Shown here: positions 1 through 10,314 of the stretch, piece after piece | How the letters are laid out: every line of letters starts with the position of its first letter | How positions within the stretch are numbered: the stretch's first letter is position 1 | From: an uncultured Aminiphilus sp. | Lineage (GTDB): Bacteria; Synergistota; Synergistia; Synergistales; Aminiphilaceae | Length of the DNA stretch: 64,000 bases | Reading direction: 5' to 3' | Assembly (NCBI GenBank): GCA_963666395.2 | Contig: CAXXQU010000001.1 | Coordinates: 828,124-892,123, forward strand | Translations under genes and position numbers: made by a program | Notes under the pieces: generated by a model | What the model saw: the letters and a program-made list of their open reading frames with translations, nothing else | Databases searched by the model: none | What the model was told of the DNA's origin: nothing

Positions 1-698
1 CAGACAAGGGACTGGGGGTTCACGTGCACTGGCTTGAATCGGCCTGGGAAAAAGACTATATCGAAAAGGAGCTTGGCCGGGATACCATCGGTCTTCTGGA
101 GGAGACCGGTCTTCTGGAGGCCCCTCGGCTTCTCCTGGCCCACGGTGTGTGGTTTCCCGAAGATCGGGTGGAAGAGCTTGCCCGAAAGAACGTGACGGTG
201 CTTCACAATCCCGGGAGCAATCTCAAGCTGGGAAGCGGTATCGCTCCGGTGCCCGCCATGTTGGAAAAGGGAGTTCAGGTTGCTTTGGGCACCGACGGAG
301 CCGCCAGCAACAACCGCCTGGATCTTTGGGAGGAGATGCGTATGGCCGCATTGCTCCACAAGGGAGCCACCAGGGATCCTTTGGCGGTTTCCGCATCGCA
401 GGCCCTTGGCATGGCTACTCTGGAGGGTGCCCGGGCTCTCGGTTTTACCGAGGTGGGACGCATCGAGGAAGGATGGGAGGCAGATTTCTTTCTGGTCAAT
501 CTGGACCAACCTCACTATAATGGCTGGAACGAAGAAAATCTGGTTCCATATCTCGTCTACGCCGGAAGCAGCGCGGACGTGGAGGCCACCATGGTCAAGG
601 GGCGTTGGATCTGGGGAAAATACGGTTCTTCCCTCGAGGGGGAGAACGTGCTCGCCCAGGCTCGGCGTTGCCGGAAGGAACTGGTGGCTGAAAGCTAG
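1..698 (+). CDS. Amidohydrolase-family deaminase, C-terminal part (MTA/SAH deaminase MtaD-like); 5' end lies outside the window
   Basis: The frame is open from the window edge. Motifs VLHNPGSNLKLGSGIAP and ALGTDGAASNNRLDLWEEM are typical of the chlorohydrolase/MtaD subgroup of metal-dependent amidohydrolases. Confidence 0.8.
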   Translation, partial: DKGLGVHVHWLESAWEKDYIEKELGRDTIGLLEETGLLEAPRLLLAHGVWFPEDRVEELARKNVTVLHNPGSNLKLGSGIAPVPAMLEKGVQVALGTDGAASNNRLDLWEEMRMAALLHKGATRDPLAVSASQALGMATLEGARALGFTEVGRIEEGWEADFFLVNLDQPHYNGWNEENLVPYLVYAGSSADVEATMVKGRWIWGKYGSSLEGENVLAQARRCRKELVAES

Positions 699-838
699 CG
701 AGTGTCCCAGTTCGATCGAGGTGAGGAAACGATTCGGCCGGAACGAAGGAAATCCATAACGGAACTTCCGAAAGAAATTCACGAAATTGCTTGGAATGAT
801 CCACTAGGTTTTTCCCGGACCTATCCTAGAGGAGGAGT

Positions 839-3496
839 ATGCACATCATGAAATGGCGCGGCGGCAACGAATTGCGAGAAATGTTCCTGAAGTATTTCGA
901 AGAGAAGGGATCCCGGCGCTACCCAAGCTTTCCCCTGCTTCCCGAAGATCCCACCATTCTTTTTACCATAGCCGGTATGGTTCCCTTCAAACCTTATTTT
1001 CTGGGTATCCGGAACCCCGAGGTTTCCCGGGCCACCACATCCCAGAAATGTATCCGTACCAACGATATCGATAACGTGGGGCGCACCGCCCGGCATCATA
1101 CCTTCTTTGAAATGTTGGGAAACTTCAGTTTCGGAGACTACTTCAAGCGGGAGGCCATTCCCTGGGCCTGGGCCTTTCTTACGGAGCATATCGGGCTGGA
1201 TCCGAACCGTCTCTACGCCACCATCTATCTGGATGACGACGAGGCCTTTTCCATTTGGCACAAGGATGTGGGACTTTCGGAAGATCACATCGTCCGTTTG
1301 GGAGAAGAGGATAACTTCTGGTCCGTGGGGCCCGTGGGGCCTTGCGGTCCCTGTTCGGAGCTGATTTACGACCAGGGGGAGGCTTTCTCTTGCGGATCCC
1401 CGGATTGCGCCGTGGGGTGCAGCTGCGACCGGTATCTCGAAATCTGGAATCTGGTGTTCATGCAGTTCAACCGGAACGAGGCGGGGGAATTGCATCCGTT
1501 GCCGAAACAGAACATCGATACCGGCATGGGATTGGAGCGGCTCTCTTCGGTGGTGCAGCAGGTGGCGACGGATTTCGAGACGGACCTTTTCCGCCCCCTC
1601 ATCGACGCCTTCTGTTCTCTGGCGGGTATTTCCTACGGCTCCGGAAAACAGGAGACCATGGCGGCCCGGGTGGTGTCCGATCATCTTCGGGCGGTATCCT
1701 TCATGATCGCCGACGGTATTCTTCCCTCCAACGAGGGGCGGGGGTACGTGTTGCGCCGGCTTCTGCGCCGGGCTGCCCGATACGGTCGGCTCGTAGGAAT
1801 CGAACGCCCCTTCCTGGTGGATCTCTTTCCCTCGGTTCTTTCGCTTATGGGAAATACCTACGAGGAGCTTGGAGCCAGCCGTTCCACCATCGAGCAGATT
1901 TTGCAAATCGAAGAGCAGCGCTTTACCCGGACCCTGGATCAAGGATGTCTTCTTTTGGACGAGGAAATCAAAAAGATCGACAAGAAAGAGAATCCTCGGC
2001 TTTCCGGAGAGGTGGCCTTCGAGTTGTACGATACCTACGGATTTCCTCTGGAACTTACCGAGGAGATCTGTCAGGAGGAATCCATCTCCCTGGACCGGGA
2101 GGGGTTTGCCCGGGCCATGAACGCCCAGAGGGAACGGGCTCGGGGAGCGAGCAAGCAGGCCTCCTCGGTGATGCGGGGGGATGCCTTTACGGAACTGCAT
2201 AACAAGTTGGGGGATACCTGTTTTGAGGGATACTCCTCCGATGTGTGCGGCACCTGCACGATTCTGGGGCTTTTCCAGGAGGGAGAGCCCGTAGAGGAAC
2301 TTCAGGAAGGGGAATCGGGAGAGGTGGTGCTGGATTCCACGCCCTTCTACGCCGAAAAGGGAGGCCAGGTGGGGGATACGGGAATTCTCCACAATCTTTC
2401 CGGCCGCTTCTCCGTGGAGGATGCCCGACATCCTGCGGGAAATCTCGTTCTGCATCGAGGGAAGGTCCAAACGGGGAGCCTTCGGGTGGGGGACGTTCTG
2501 GAGGCTCGGGTGGATTTGGAGAGGCGAAAGGCCATTTCCCGGAACCATACCGCCACGCATCTTCTTCACGAAGGGTTGATCCGGCGGCTCGGAGAGCACG
2601 TGCGTCAGGCGGGCTCCCTGGTGGCTCCGGAGATGCTGCGCTTCGACTTTACCCATTTCGAAGCCTTGAAAAAAGAGGATCTTCAAGCGGTGGAAGATTT
2701 CGTCAACCGGGCGGTTTTGCAGAACCTTTCTCTGGAAAGTACCGTTAGCACTCTGGAGGAGGCGAAAAGCCGGGGAGCCAAAGCCCTCTTCGGGGAGAAG
2801 TACGGTAACGAGGTGCGGGTGGTGGCCATTCCCGAAACCAGCGTGGAACTCTGCGGAGGAGTGCACGTGGCCGCCACGGGAGAGATCGGGGGTTTCAAAA
2901 TTCTCCGGGAGGAGAGCGTGGGTTCCGGAACCCGCCGCATTACTGCGGTTACGGGAATGGAAGCGCTGCGGCACCACCGGGAACTTCAGGAAATTACCGA
3001 AGATCTCCGGCATACCTTGGGATGCGACGTATCTTCTTTGAGAACCAAGGTGGAGGAACTGCAAACCTCTCTCCGGGAAACCGAAGGGCTGCTTAAAAAG
3101 GAACGCCTCCAGGGGAGTCTAGGCCAAATCGAGCCTCTTCTCGAAGGGGCCGTGGAAATCGAGGGTATTTCCCTTGTTACCGGAAGCTTCCCCGAAGGGG
3201 ATACGGAGGTGCTCCTCCAGGTGGCGGACGCGGTGCGGAAGCGCCTCAGCCCTGTGATGATGGTTTTTGCGGGAATTTTCGAGGATCGGGTACAGTTCGT
3301 GGCGGCGGGAGATGAAGAGGCGGTTTCCCGGGGAGCTCACGCGGGAAAACTGATCAAGGAAACCGCTAAAATCGCCGGAGGCGGAGGAGGAGGCCGGGCA
3401 AACATGGCTCAGGCAGGAGGCAAGGACCCCTCCAAGGCCGAAGAGGCCCTCCGGGCCGTGCCGGAGCTGCTCCGGAACCTTTTGAAAAAAGGATAA
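839..3496 (+). CDS. alaS: Alanine--tRNA ligase
   Basis: 885 aa. Class II AlaRS N-terminus (FTIAGMVPFKPYF), editing-domain NHTATHLLH, and a C-terminal DHHA1-type GGGGG tail. A GGAGG RBS lies just upstream of ATG 839. Confidence 0.97.
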   Translation: MHIMKWRGGNELREMFLKYFEEKGSRRYPSFPLLPEDPTILFTIAGMVPFKPYFLGIRNPEVSRATTSQKCIRTNDIDNVGRTARHHTFFEMLGNFSFGDYFKREAIPWAWAFLTEHIGLDPNRLYATIYLDDDEAFSIWHKDVGLSEDHIVRLGEEDNFWSVGPVGPCGPCSELIYDQGEAFSCGSPDCAVGCSCDRYLEIWNLVFMQFNRNEAGELHPLPKQNIDTGMGLERLSSVVQQVATDFETDLFRPLIDAFCSLAGISYGSGKQETMAARVVSDHLRAVSFMIADGILPSNEGRGYVLRRLLRRAARYGRLVGIERPFLVDLFPSVLSLMGNTYEELGASRSTIEQILQIEEQRFTRTLDQGCLLLDEEIKKIDKKENPRLSGEVAFELYDTYGFPLELTEEICQEESISLDREGFARAMNAQRERARGASKQASSVMRGDAFTELHNKLGDTCFEGYSSDVCGTCTILGLFQEGEPVEELQEGESGEVVLDSTPFYAEKGGQVGDTGILHNLSGRFSVEDARHPAGNLVLHRGKVQTGSLRVGDVLEARVDLERRKAISRNHTATHLLHEGLIRRLGEHVRQAGSLVAPEMLRFDFTHFEALKKEDLQAVEDFVNRAVLQNLSLESTVSTLEEAKSRGAKALFGEKYGNEVRVVAIPETSVELCGGVHVAATGEIGGFKILREESVGSGTRRITAVTGMEALRHHRELQEITEDLRHTLGCDVSSLRTKVEELQTSLRETEGLLKKERLQGSLGQIEPLLEGAVEIEGISLVTGSFPEGDTEVLLQVADAVRKRLSPVMMVFAGIFEDRVQFVAAGDEEAVSRGAHAGKLIKETAKIAGGGGGGRANMAQAGGKDPSKAEEALRAVPELLRNLLKKG

Positions 3497-3498
3497 CC

Positions 3499-3915
3499 AT
3501 GGCAAAGCGTATTCTGTGCCTCGATATAGGTGCGGTTCGCATCGGCGTCGCTCTCAGCGATCCCCTGGGCATGTTCGCCCAGGGGGTTGCTGTGTTGTCC
3601 GCCAAGGGGAAATGGAAGCTCGAGCTGGACGCCCTTATGGAAAAACACGAGGTGTCGGTGCTGTTGGTGGGACTTCCTCTTCGTACCGACGGCTCCCGGG
3701 GACCCGAGGCGAGACGTATTCTCGATATCGTCCAGGCTCTGAAGGAGCGCTATCCTGAGATTGAGGTGCGTACCTGGGATGAGCGGTACAGCACCGTTAC
3801 GGCCCATCAGAGTTTAAAGGAACGGGGGCTTTCGGAGGAACAGCGCCGGGGAATGGTGGATCGAACCGCCGCAGCGGTGATTCTGCAAAGCTACCTCGAT
3901 GCTCGAATCCCCTGA
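3499..3915 (+). CDS. ruvX: YqgF/RuvX-family putative pre-16S rRNA nuclease (Holliday junction resolvase-like)
   Basis: 138 aa with N-terminus ILCLDIGAVRIGVALSD, typical of YqgF. It starts 3 nt after the alaS stop, a conserved alaS-yqgF arrangement. Confidence 0.9.
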   Translation: MAKRILCLDIGAVRIGVALSDPLGMFAQGVAVLSAKGKWKLELDALMEKHEVSVLLVGLPLRTDGSRGPEARRILDIVQALKERYPEIEVRTWDERYSTVTAHQSLKERGLSEEQRRGMVDRTAAAVILQSYLDARIP

Positions 3916-3965
3916 ACGTTCTCTCTTTCGCTTTTGTTTTACCCACTTGTTTTAAGGAGGATACG

Positions 3966-6563
3966 GTGAAGGTTATTCCCGAGGACGTCAAAATGACTCC
4001 CATGCTGGAGCAATACTCTTACTGGAAGGAGCGCTATCCCGAGTGTCTCCTCTTTTTCCGGATGGGGGATTTCTTCGAAATGTTTTTCCGGGATGCCGAG
4101 GAGGCTTCCAGGGTTCTCGATATCACCCTCACCGCCCGGGATTCGGAAAAGAAGATTCCCATGGCGGGGGTTCCCTGTCATGCGGCGGAAAATTACCTGA
4201 GCCGCCTCGTAGAGGCGGGGTACCGGGTGGCAGTCTGCGATCAGGTGGAGGAGCCGGACGGAAAAAAGCTTGTGGACCGCCGGGTGATCCGGGTGGTTAC
4301 TCCCGGCACCTACGCATCTTCGGACGGTCGTTCCGACGGACGCCTGGGAGCCCTGGTTCCCCGGGGGGATCTTCTTGCCTTCGCCCTTCTCGTGCCCTGT
4401 ACGGGGGATTTCGAGGCGGGGGTGCTCCCTTTCCGGGAGGCCCTGGCCTTGCTCCGTTCCTTCGAGCCCGGAGATATCCTTTGCCCTGCTTCGGAGGAGG
4501 ATCATCTCGCAACCCTTCTGGAGCCTTCCCTTGGGAGAAAGCTCGTTCCCCGGGACCGGGGCGATTTCGATCCCCGGCGGGGAGAGGCCTATCTCGCCCG
4601 GGCCTTTTCGGTGGCTACCCTGGAAGGGTTCGGGTTTTCCCGGGGAGATCCTTCTTTGGGATGTGCCGCCGGGGCCTTGCGTTATCTCGAAGAGACCCAG
4701 TTTTCCCTTCCCTCGCATATCCGAAAACTCCGTCCCTATCAGCCCAGGACCTTTCTGTATCTCGACGGGACCACCCGAAAGAACCTGGAACTTCTCCAGG
4801 GGGAAGGGGAAACGCTCTTCTCCGTGCTGAACCGCTGCAAGAATTCCATGGGAAGGCGCACTCTCCGGGAGTGGATTCTTCGTCCTCTTCGGGATGACGA
4901 GCGCATTCGGGAGCGTCAGGATCGGGTGGCCTACGTGGCGGAAAATCCCGCCTTTTCCCAAAAGGCGGCGGCCCTTTTCGGAGAGTGCCAGGATGTGGAA
5001 CGGGCATTGGGGCGCCTCTCCTTGGGAGTGGGTACTCCCCGGGATTTGGGGGCTCTACGGCATACCCTGGAGATTCTGCCTTCCCTCGAAGAGCTTGTAA
5101 AGGGTACTCCTCTGGAGGAATTCTTTCCGGAAATTCCGGAACTCCGGGAACTCGGAAATCTTCTTTTCCGAGGGTTGGAGCGGGATCTTCCCGGATCCTG
5201 GAAGCCCGGAGGCGTTGTGCGTTCCGGTTTCGACGAGGAGCTGGACCGCTATCGGGCGGCTCAGGAGGATGGAGAAAAATGGCTTCGGGAGTATCTCGCC
5301 CGAGAGCGGGAGCGCACGGGAATACGCACCCTCAAGATCGGTTCCAATAAAGTCTTCGGCTATTATCTCGAAGCGAGCCGGGCAGGCAACCAGGAGGTCC
5401 CCCCGGAGTATCTGCGCAAACAGACCCTGGTTTCCGCGGAGCGCTACATTACGGAAGAACTGAAGCAGTTCGAGGAAACCCTCCTGGCTTCGGAAAGTCT
5501 GGGAGAGCAGCGGGAACGGACTCTTTACGAAGAGCTCTGTTCCCGAACCCTGGAAGAGGCTCCGAGGCTTCAGGACCTCGCCCGGGGAATCGCCCAGGCG
5601 GATGTGCTGCGCTCTCTGGGGGAGGTGGCCTGGGAGAGAAAGTACGTGCGCCCCCAGCTCTCTTCGGAGGATCTTCTCGAGGTAGTTCGGGGAAGACATC
5701 CGGTGGTGGAGGTTTCTCTGGAATCCCGTTCCTTCGTTCCCAACGATTTGGTGCTTTCCCGAGGAGGGCGGCGGATCGCCATCGTTACGGGGCCCAACAT
5801 GGCGGGAAAATCCACCTATCTTCGCATGGGAGCCCTGCTTATCATTCTGGCTCACATGGGGAGCTTCGTACCTGCGGAATCCGCCCGAATTCCCCTGACG
5901 GACCGCATTTTTACCCGCATCGGCGCTCGAGACGAGCTGGACCGGGGGAACAGCACCTTCATGGTGGAAATGGTGGAAACCGCCAATATTTTACACAACC
6001 TCTCCTCCCGGAGCTTTGTGGTGCTGGATGAAATCGGCAGGGGCACCTCCACCTACGACGGTATGAGCATCGCCTGGGCCATTCTGGAGTATCTCGCCCG
6101 GTCGGAGCACCGGGCAAGAGTGCTCTTCGCCACCCACTATCACGAGCTGACCAAGCTGGGGGAGGAATATCCGGAAATTGCTAATCTGAGCATGGCGGTG
6201 GAGGAAACCGAGGAGGGAATTGCCTTTCTGCACCGAGTGGTGCCCTATCCGGCGGATCGATCCTACGGCATCGAGGTGGCCCGGTTGGCGGGAATTCCCG
6301 AGGCGGTGCTCCGGCGTTCCCGAGAGCTTCTGGAGCGTTTCGAACGGGATCAGTCTCCCGAGGGTCTTCCCGGAAGCTCTGCTCCGAGGATCGAGGCGCC
6401 GGCCCAGAAAAAGCTTTTTCCCCACGCCGAGGGACAGGCGCTTCTGGACGATCTGGCTTCGTTGAACCCGGACGGAATGACCCCTTTGAAGGCTTTGGAA
6501 ATGCTCTACATTCTGAAGAAACGGAGCCTTCAGGTTTTGGAGGAACAGAAAAATGATACATAG
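3966..6563 (+). CDS. mutS: DNA mismatch repair protein MutS
   Basis: 865 aa. Has TPMLEQYSYWKERYPECLLFFRMGDFFEMF and Walker A GPNMAGKST. GTG 3966 is preceded by AAGGAGGA. An alternative ATG lies at 3993. Confidence 0.97.
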   Translation: MKVIPEDVKMTPMLEQYSYWKERYPECLLFFRMGDFFEMFFRDAEEASRVLDITLTARDSEKKIPMAGVPCHAAENYLSRLVEAGYRVAVCDQVEEPDGKKLVDRRVIRVVTPGTYASSDGRSDGRLGALVPRGDLLAFALLVPCTGDFEAGVLPFREALALLRSFEPGDILCPASEEDHLATLLEPSLGRKLVPRDRGDFDPRRGEAYLARAFSVATLEGFGFSRGDPSLGCAAGALRYLEETQFSLPSHIRKLRPYQPRTFLYLDGTTRKNLELLQGEGETLFSVLNRCKNSMGRRTLREWILRPLRDDERIRERQDRVAYVAENPAFSQKAAALFGECQDVERALGRLSLGVGTPRDLGALRHTLEILPSLEELVKGTPLEEFFPEIPELRELGNLLFRGLERDLPGSWKPGGVVRSGFDEELDRYRAAQEDGEKWLREYLARERERTGIRTLKIGSNKVFGYYLEASRAGNQEVPPEYLRKQTLVSAERYITEELKQFEETLLASESLGEQRERTLYEELCSRTLEEAPRLQDLARGIAQADVLRSLGEVAWERKYVRPQLSSEDLLEVVRGRHPVVEVSLESRSFVPNDLVLSRGGRRIAIVTGPNMAGKSTYLRMGALLIILAHMGSFVPAESARIPLTDRIFTRIGARDELDRGNSTFMVEMVETANILHNLSSRSFVVLDEIGRGTSTYDGMSIAWAILEYLARSEHRARVLFATHYHELTKLGEEYPEIANLSMAVEETEEGIAFLHRVVPYPADRSYGIEVARLAGIPEAVLRRSRELLERFERDQSPEGLPGSSAPRIEAPAQKKLFPHAEGQALLDDLASLNPDGMTPLKALEMLYILKKRSLQVLEEQKNDT

Positions 6564-8400
6564 ACTTCCGGAATCGCTCTCCTCCCGCATCGCTGCGGGG
6601 GAGGTGGTGGAACGTCCCGTATCGGTGGTGAAGGAACTTCTGGAAAACTCCCTCGATGCGGGAGCTCGAAGAATCGACGTACGTCTGCTGCAGGGAGGAA
6701 AGGCCTCTATTACGGTGGAGGACGACGGAGGAGGAATTCCCTTCGAAGAGCTGCCTCTGGCGGTGGAACGCTACGCCACGAGTAAGCTCTCTTCGCTGGA
6801 GGATCTTTACGCCATCCGCACTCTGGGATATCGGGGAGAAGCTCTGGCGAGCATCGCTCTGGTTTCCCGCCTGGAAATCCGAAGCTGCCCCCCCGGAGAG
6901 AAGGGAGGCAGAATTCGGCTGGAGGAGGGGGCCTGTCTCGATCATCAGCAGATCCCTTGCCCTGAGGGAACCGCCATTGACGTGGATGATCTCTTTTGCT
7001 CCATTCCGGCGAGAAAAAAGTTTCTCAAATCCGAAGCCGCCGAAACGAGACGCATCTCCCGGCTTCTTCGGGATTATGCTCTGGCCTATCCCGATGTGGC
7101 CTTTGTGCTCTTCTCCGATGGGAAAAAACTCTTTTCCTCCTTCGGAGACGGAGACCGCTCGGGGCTTCTCGCCCACCTCTGGGGAGGTGGCCGAATCGAA
7201 GAGTGCCGGGAGGCGATGGAGGGATATGCCGTGGAGGCCTACCATCTTTCCCAGGAACATACGGAAAAGGGGCATCTGGTCTCTTTCGTGAACGGCCGCC
7301 GCTGCGAGGATCCTCTCTTCTTTTCGGCCATGAAGGCCGGAAGCCCCCGCCCCGGCGGAGAGTGGCTCTTCTTGCTTCGGGTTCCCGAAGATGAGGTGGA
7401 TGTCAACGTGCATCCCGCAAAAATAGAGGTGCGCTTCCGGCAGCCCCGACAGGTTTTTCGGGTGCTCCATCGGGCAGTGCAGCGCCTGGGGGGAGATACG
7501 AATCCTTTGAAAGGGCTTTCCCGAAACGAGAACAGTCCGGAGGAAATGCCGAGAAAGGAGCCCGAGGCCCTCGCTCTTCCCTGGGAACGAGAGCGTTTCT
7601 TTCAATATTCTCCGGTTTCCCGGAGTCAAGGGAGCGAGGAGTTTTCCACAAAAAGGCTGGATGCCTTTTCCGGCACCTCTTCTTTTTCCTCCCCTCGATC
7701 TTCCTCTTCTCCGTCCTTTCCCCGGGCGGCCTCTCCCGCTCGGGCCCTTTCGTTTTCGGAGGAACAAACCTTTTCGGAAGCCTCCGGAGCCGGAAATGTT
7801 TCGGATCTTCCGGAGCGAGTTTCCGAAGGAACCGGAGACCCTCCCCGTTATCTCGGGAGGCTGGCTTCGGGATATCTTCTCTTCGATCGCCAGGGGGATC
7901 TGATCGTTATGGATCCTCATGCGGCGCACGAACGAGTGGAGTACGAGCTGCTCACGGCCATGCACGCCCGCCGGAAAACCTCCCAGAAACTCCTCGCTTC
8001 CCTGGGGCTTCCTCCCACTCTGGGGGAAAGGGCCCTGGAAGAGTCGGAAAGACTGAAAAAACTTGGTTTTCTCCTGGAAGAGGCGGAAGAGGGGCCTAAA
8101 CTTTCGGGAATTCCCGATTCCTTCGGAAGGCTTCGTTTCTCCCCTCTCGAGGGGCTTAGGATGGCGCTGGAAGTTCTCGAGGAAATGCAGGAGGAGGATC
8201 CGGAACACCTTTGGAAAGCATGGGCTTTCAAGGCTTGCAAGCGTGCGGTGAAACTTACGGATATTCTGGAAGCTCCGGAGGCCCTGGAACTCTGGAAAAG
8301 GCTTTTCTCCTGCTCTCATCCCGGTTCCTGCCCTCACGGAAGACCCACGTTGCTCTGCTACGGAGCGGATTTTCTGGAAAGGGAGTTTCATCGGCGGTAA
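6553..8400 (+). CDS. mutL: DNA mismatch repair protein MutL
   Basis: 615 aa with a GHKL ATPase N-terminus (IAAGEVVERPVSVVKELLENSLDAG). It overlaps the mutS 3' end by 11 nt. Confidence 0.95.
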   Translation: MIHRLPESLSSRIAAGEVVERPVSVVKELLENSLDAGARRIDVRLLQGGKASITVEDDGGGIPFEELPLAVERYATSKLSSLEDLYAIRTLGYRGEALASIALVSRLEIRSCPPGEKGGRIRLEEGACLDHQQIPCPEGTAIDVDDLFCSIPARKKFLKSEAAETRRISRLLRDYALAYPDVAFVLFSDGKKLFSSFGDGDRSGLLAHLWGGGRIEECREAMEGYAVEAYHLSQEHTEKGHLVSFVNGRRCEDPLFFSAMKAGSPRPGGEWLFLLRVPEDEVDVNVHPAKIEVRFRQPRQVFRVLHRAVQRLGGDTNPLKGLSRNENSPEEMPRKEPEALALPWERERFFQYSPVSRSQGSEEFSTKRLDAFSGTSSFSSPRSSSSPSFPRAASPARALSFSEEQTFSEASGAGNVSDLPERVSEGTGDPPRYLGRLASGYLLFDRQGDLIVMDPHAAHERVEYELLTAMHARRKTSQKLLASLGLPPTLGERALEESERLKKLGFLLEEAEEGPKLSGIPDSFGRLRFSPLEGLRMALEVLEEMQEEDPEHLWKAWAFKACKRAVKLTDILEAPEALELWKRLFSCSHPGSCPHGRPTLLCYGADFLEREFHRR

Positions 8401-8479
8401 AAAAAGAGGTGGACAGGGAAAAACTTTCTCTGTATAAAAGTGGGAGTATGGAGAAAAACATGAACTTTCGAAGGAAATC

Positions 8480-9457
8480 TTGGATTCCATGAACGAGCGA
8501 AAAACGGGGACATCCCTGCCCTTTATCGGCATCATAGGCCCCACGGCGGTGGGAAAAACCGCCTGGAGTCTTCGTATGGCGGAAGTCCTTGATGCGGAGA
8601 TTCTTTCGGTGGATTCCCGGCAGGTCTATCGCCATCTCGACGTGGGGGCGGATAAGATCGATGGAGCCACCCGAGAGCGTATTCCTCATCACCTCCTGGA
8701 TGTGGTGGACCCGGATCAGCCCTTTTCCGCGGCGGATTTCGGCGTTCTCGCTTCCCGGGCCATTCGGGAGGTTACGGAGCGCCGGAAGGTGCCGCTCCTC
8801 GTGGGAGGAACTCCCTTCTACTTCCAGGCTCTTACGGAACCCCTTCTCTCGGAGGATCTTCCCAAATCCTGGGAATTGCGGGAGCGGCTGGAGGAACGGG
8901 CGAAAAGTCTCGGACGGGAAGTCTTGTACGAAGAGCTTCTTCGAAGAGATCCGGAGTATGCGAAAAGAATTCATTCCCACGATCTGCATCGGATCATCCG
9001 GGGATTGGAACTCTGGGAACTCTGCGGTACAATTCCTTCGGAGCTTTTTAGAAAAAGGCGAAAACCCCACTCCCCCTTTCGGCCTCTTTACATAGGTTTC
9101 TGGAAGGAGAGGGAGGATCTTTGCGCTGGCATTGCCTGTCGGGTGCGGCAGCAATTTTCGTCGGGCTTCGTGGAGGAGGTTGCACATCTCCTCGAAATGG
9201 GGTATGATGCCCGCTTACCGGCCCTTCAAGGGTTCGGATATCGGGAATTGGTGGCGTATCACGAGGGGAAATGCTCTCTCCAGGAGGCCCTGGAAGGAGA
9301 TATCCGGGCTACCCGGGCTTTTTCTCGGCGTCAAATGACGTGGTTTCGAAAATTTTCCCCGACTTTATGGTATCATGTTTCCCGGCTCGAGGATTCCGGG
9401 GTCTTTGCGGAGTTAATCGGCCGATGCCGGGCTTTTCTTGGAGGAAAAACACCGTGA
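8480..9457 (+). CDS. miaA: tRNA dimethylallyltransferase
   Basis: 325 aa with P-loop GPTAVGKT and SVDSRQVYRHLDVGADK. Confidence 0.95.
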   Translation: MDSMNERKTGTSLPFIGIIGPTAVGKTAWSLRMAEVLDAEILSVDSRQVYRHLDVGADKIDGATRERIPHHLLDVVDPDQPFSAADFGVLASRAIREVTERRKVPLLVGGTPFYFQALTEPLLSEDLPKSWELRERLEERAKSLGREVLYEELLRRDPEYAKRIHSHDLHRIIRGLELWELCGTIPSELFRKRRKPHSPFRPLYIGFWKEREDLCAGIACRVRQQFSSGFVEEVAHLLEMGYDARLPALQGFGYRELVAYHEGKCSLQEALEGDIRATRAFSRRQMTWFRKFSPTLWYHVSRLEDSGVFAELIGRCRAFLGGKTP

Positions 9458-10314
9458 ACTACGTCATGGCGGATCCTACGGGGCTCTGTTTCGGAGTGCG
9501 TCGAGCCATTGACCAGCTCGAAGATGCCCTGAGGTTGCACGGGGAAGTTTACGCTCTCGGAAGCCCCATCCACAATCCCCAGGAGGTTCGGCGCCTCGAG
9601 AAATGCGGTCTTCGGGTGGTGCGGACTCCTCAGGAGGTTCCCGAAGGAGGAACCGTTTTCATTCGGGCCCACGGAGTTCCTCCGGAGGACCTCGATCTTC
9701 TCCAGGTTCGTCATACCAATTTGGTGGACGGAACCTGTCCCTTCGTCCGCAAGGCCCAGGAAGAGGCGAAACGGCTCTCTCGGGAGGGGTATTTCGTGGT
9801 CATCGTGGGAGATACGGACCATCCCGAGGTCAAGGGCATTCGGGGACATGTGGAGGGAAAAGTGGCGGTGATCAATCCCGCTCTTCCGGAGGAACCGGGA
9901 ATTCTTTCCTCTTCCCGGGTGGGGGTGGTGTGCCAAACCACCCTGCGGGAAGAGTCCCTTATCAAAATTGTTTCTACTCTCCTCACCCGAACCGAGGAGT
10001 TGCACGTATGCAACACCATCTGTCGGGCCACCATGCTTCGGCAGGATTCGGTGAGGAAATTATCGAAAAAAGTGGACGGTATCATCGTTATGGGGGGAAG
10101 AAACAGCGCAAATACCCATAAACTCGTGCAGATCGTTCAGAGCAGCGGAACCCCCGTACAGTGGATAGAACAGGCGGAAGAGCTTGACTGGAGGTGGGTA
10201 GAAGGTAAGAATACTCTTGGAATCGCCGCCGGAGCGAGTACTCCGGATTGGTTGATCCATGAATTGCATCACAAATTGGAATCAAGTCGGTTGTCAAAGG
10301 GGATGGATGGTTAA
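9454..10314 (+). CDS. ispH: 4-hydroxy-3-methylbut-2-enyl diphosphate reductase
   Basis: LytB motifs with three Cys ligands (GLCFGVRRAI, DGTCPFV, CNTICRAT). GTG 9454 overlaps the miaA stop (GTGA) and lies 8 nt after GGAGGA. An alternative ATG lies at 9466. The track ORF from 9271 is an upstream extension. Confidence 0.92.
   Translation: MNYVMADPTGLCFGVRRAIDQLEDALRLHGEVYALGSPIHNPQEVRRLEKCGLRVVRTPQEVPEGGTVFIRAHGVPPEDLDLLQVRHTNLVDGTCPFVRKAQEEAKRLSREGYFVVIVGDTDHPEVKGIRGHVEGKVAVINPALPEEPGILSSSRVGVVCQTTLREESLIKIVSTLLTRTEELHVCNTICRATMLRQDSVRKLSKKVDGIIVMGGRNSANTHKLVQIVQSSGTPVQWIEQAEELDWRWVEGKNTLGIAAGASTPDWLIHELHHKLESSRLSKGMDG

Noticed and set aside
700-838. T-box leaders upstream of alaS (700-838), ileS (34279-34491) and valS (47761-47788).
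   Set aside because: There is no AGGGUGGNACCGCG-type T-box sequence or specifier-loop architecture. The valS and alaS leaders are too short.
821-3064. Very long antisense ORFs opposite nearly every housekeeping gene. Examples: 821..3064, 6181..8544, 10311..12176, 14675..16483, 35311..37416, 41105..42490, 43296..44708, 48806..50077, 56185..57660.
   Set aside because: Their translations are low-complexity (rich in P, G, R, S, H) with no recognisable motifs. Each mirrors a sense gene with unmistakable conserved motifs. Avoidance of TTA/CTA/TCA codons on the sense strand is enough to keep the antisense frame open.
9271-9453. Upstream extensions of true genes in the ORF track. Examples: ispH from 9271, fmt from 12726, clpP from 42516, engB from 47059, valS from 47708, folC from 50477, uppS from 62376, cdsA from 62860, the peptidase from 29577.
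   Set aside because: The extensions overlap the preceding gene, lack an RBS and have junk-like sequence. Internal starts with proper RBS spacing reproduce canonical N-termini.
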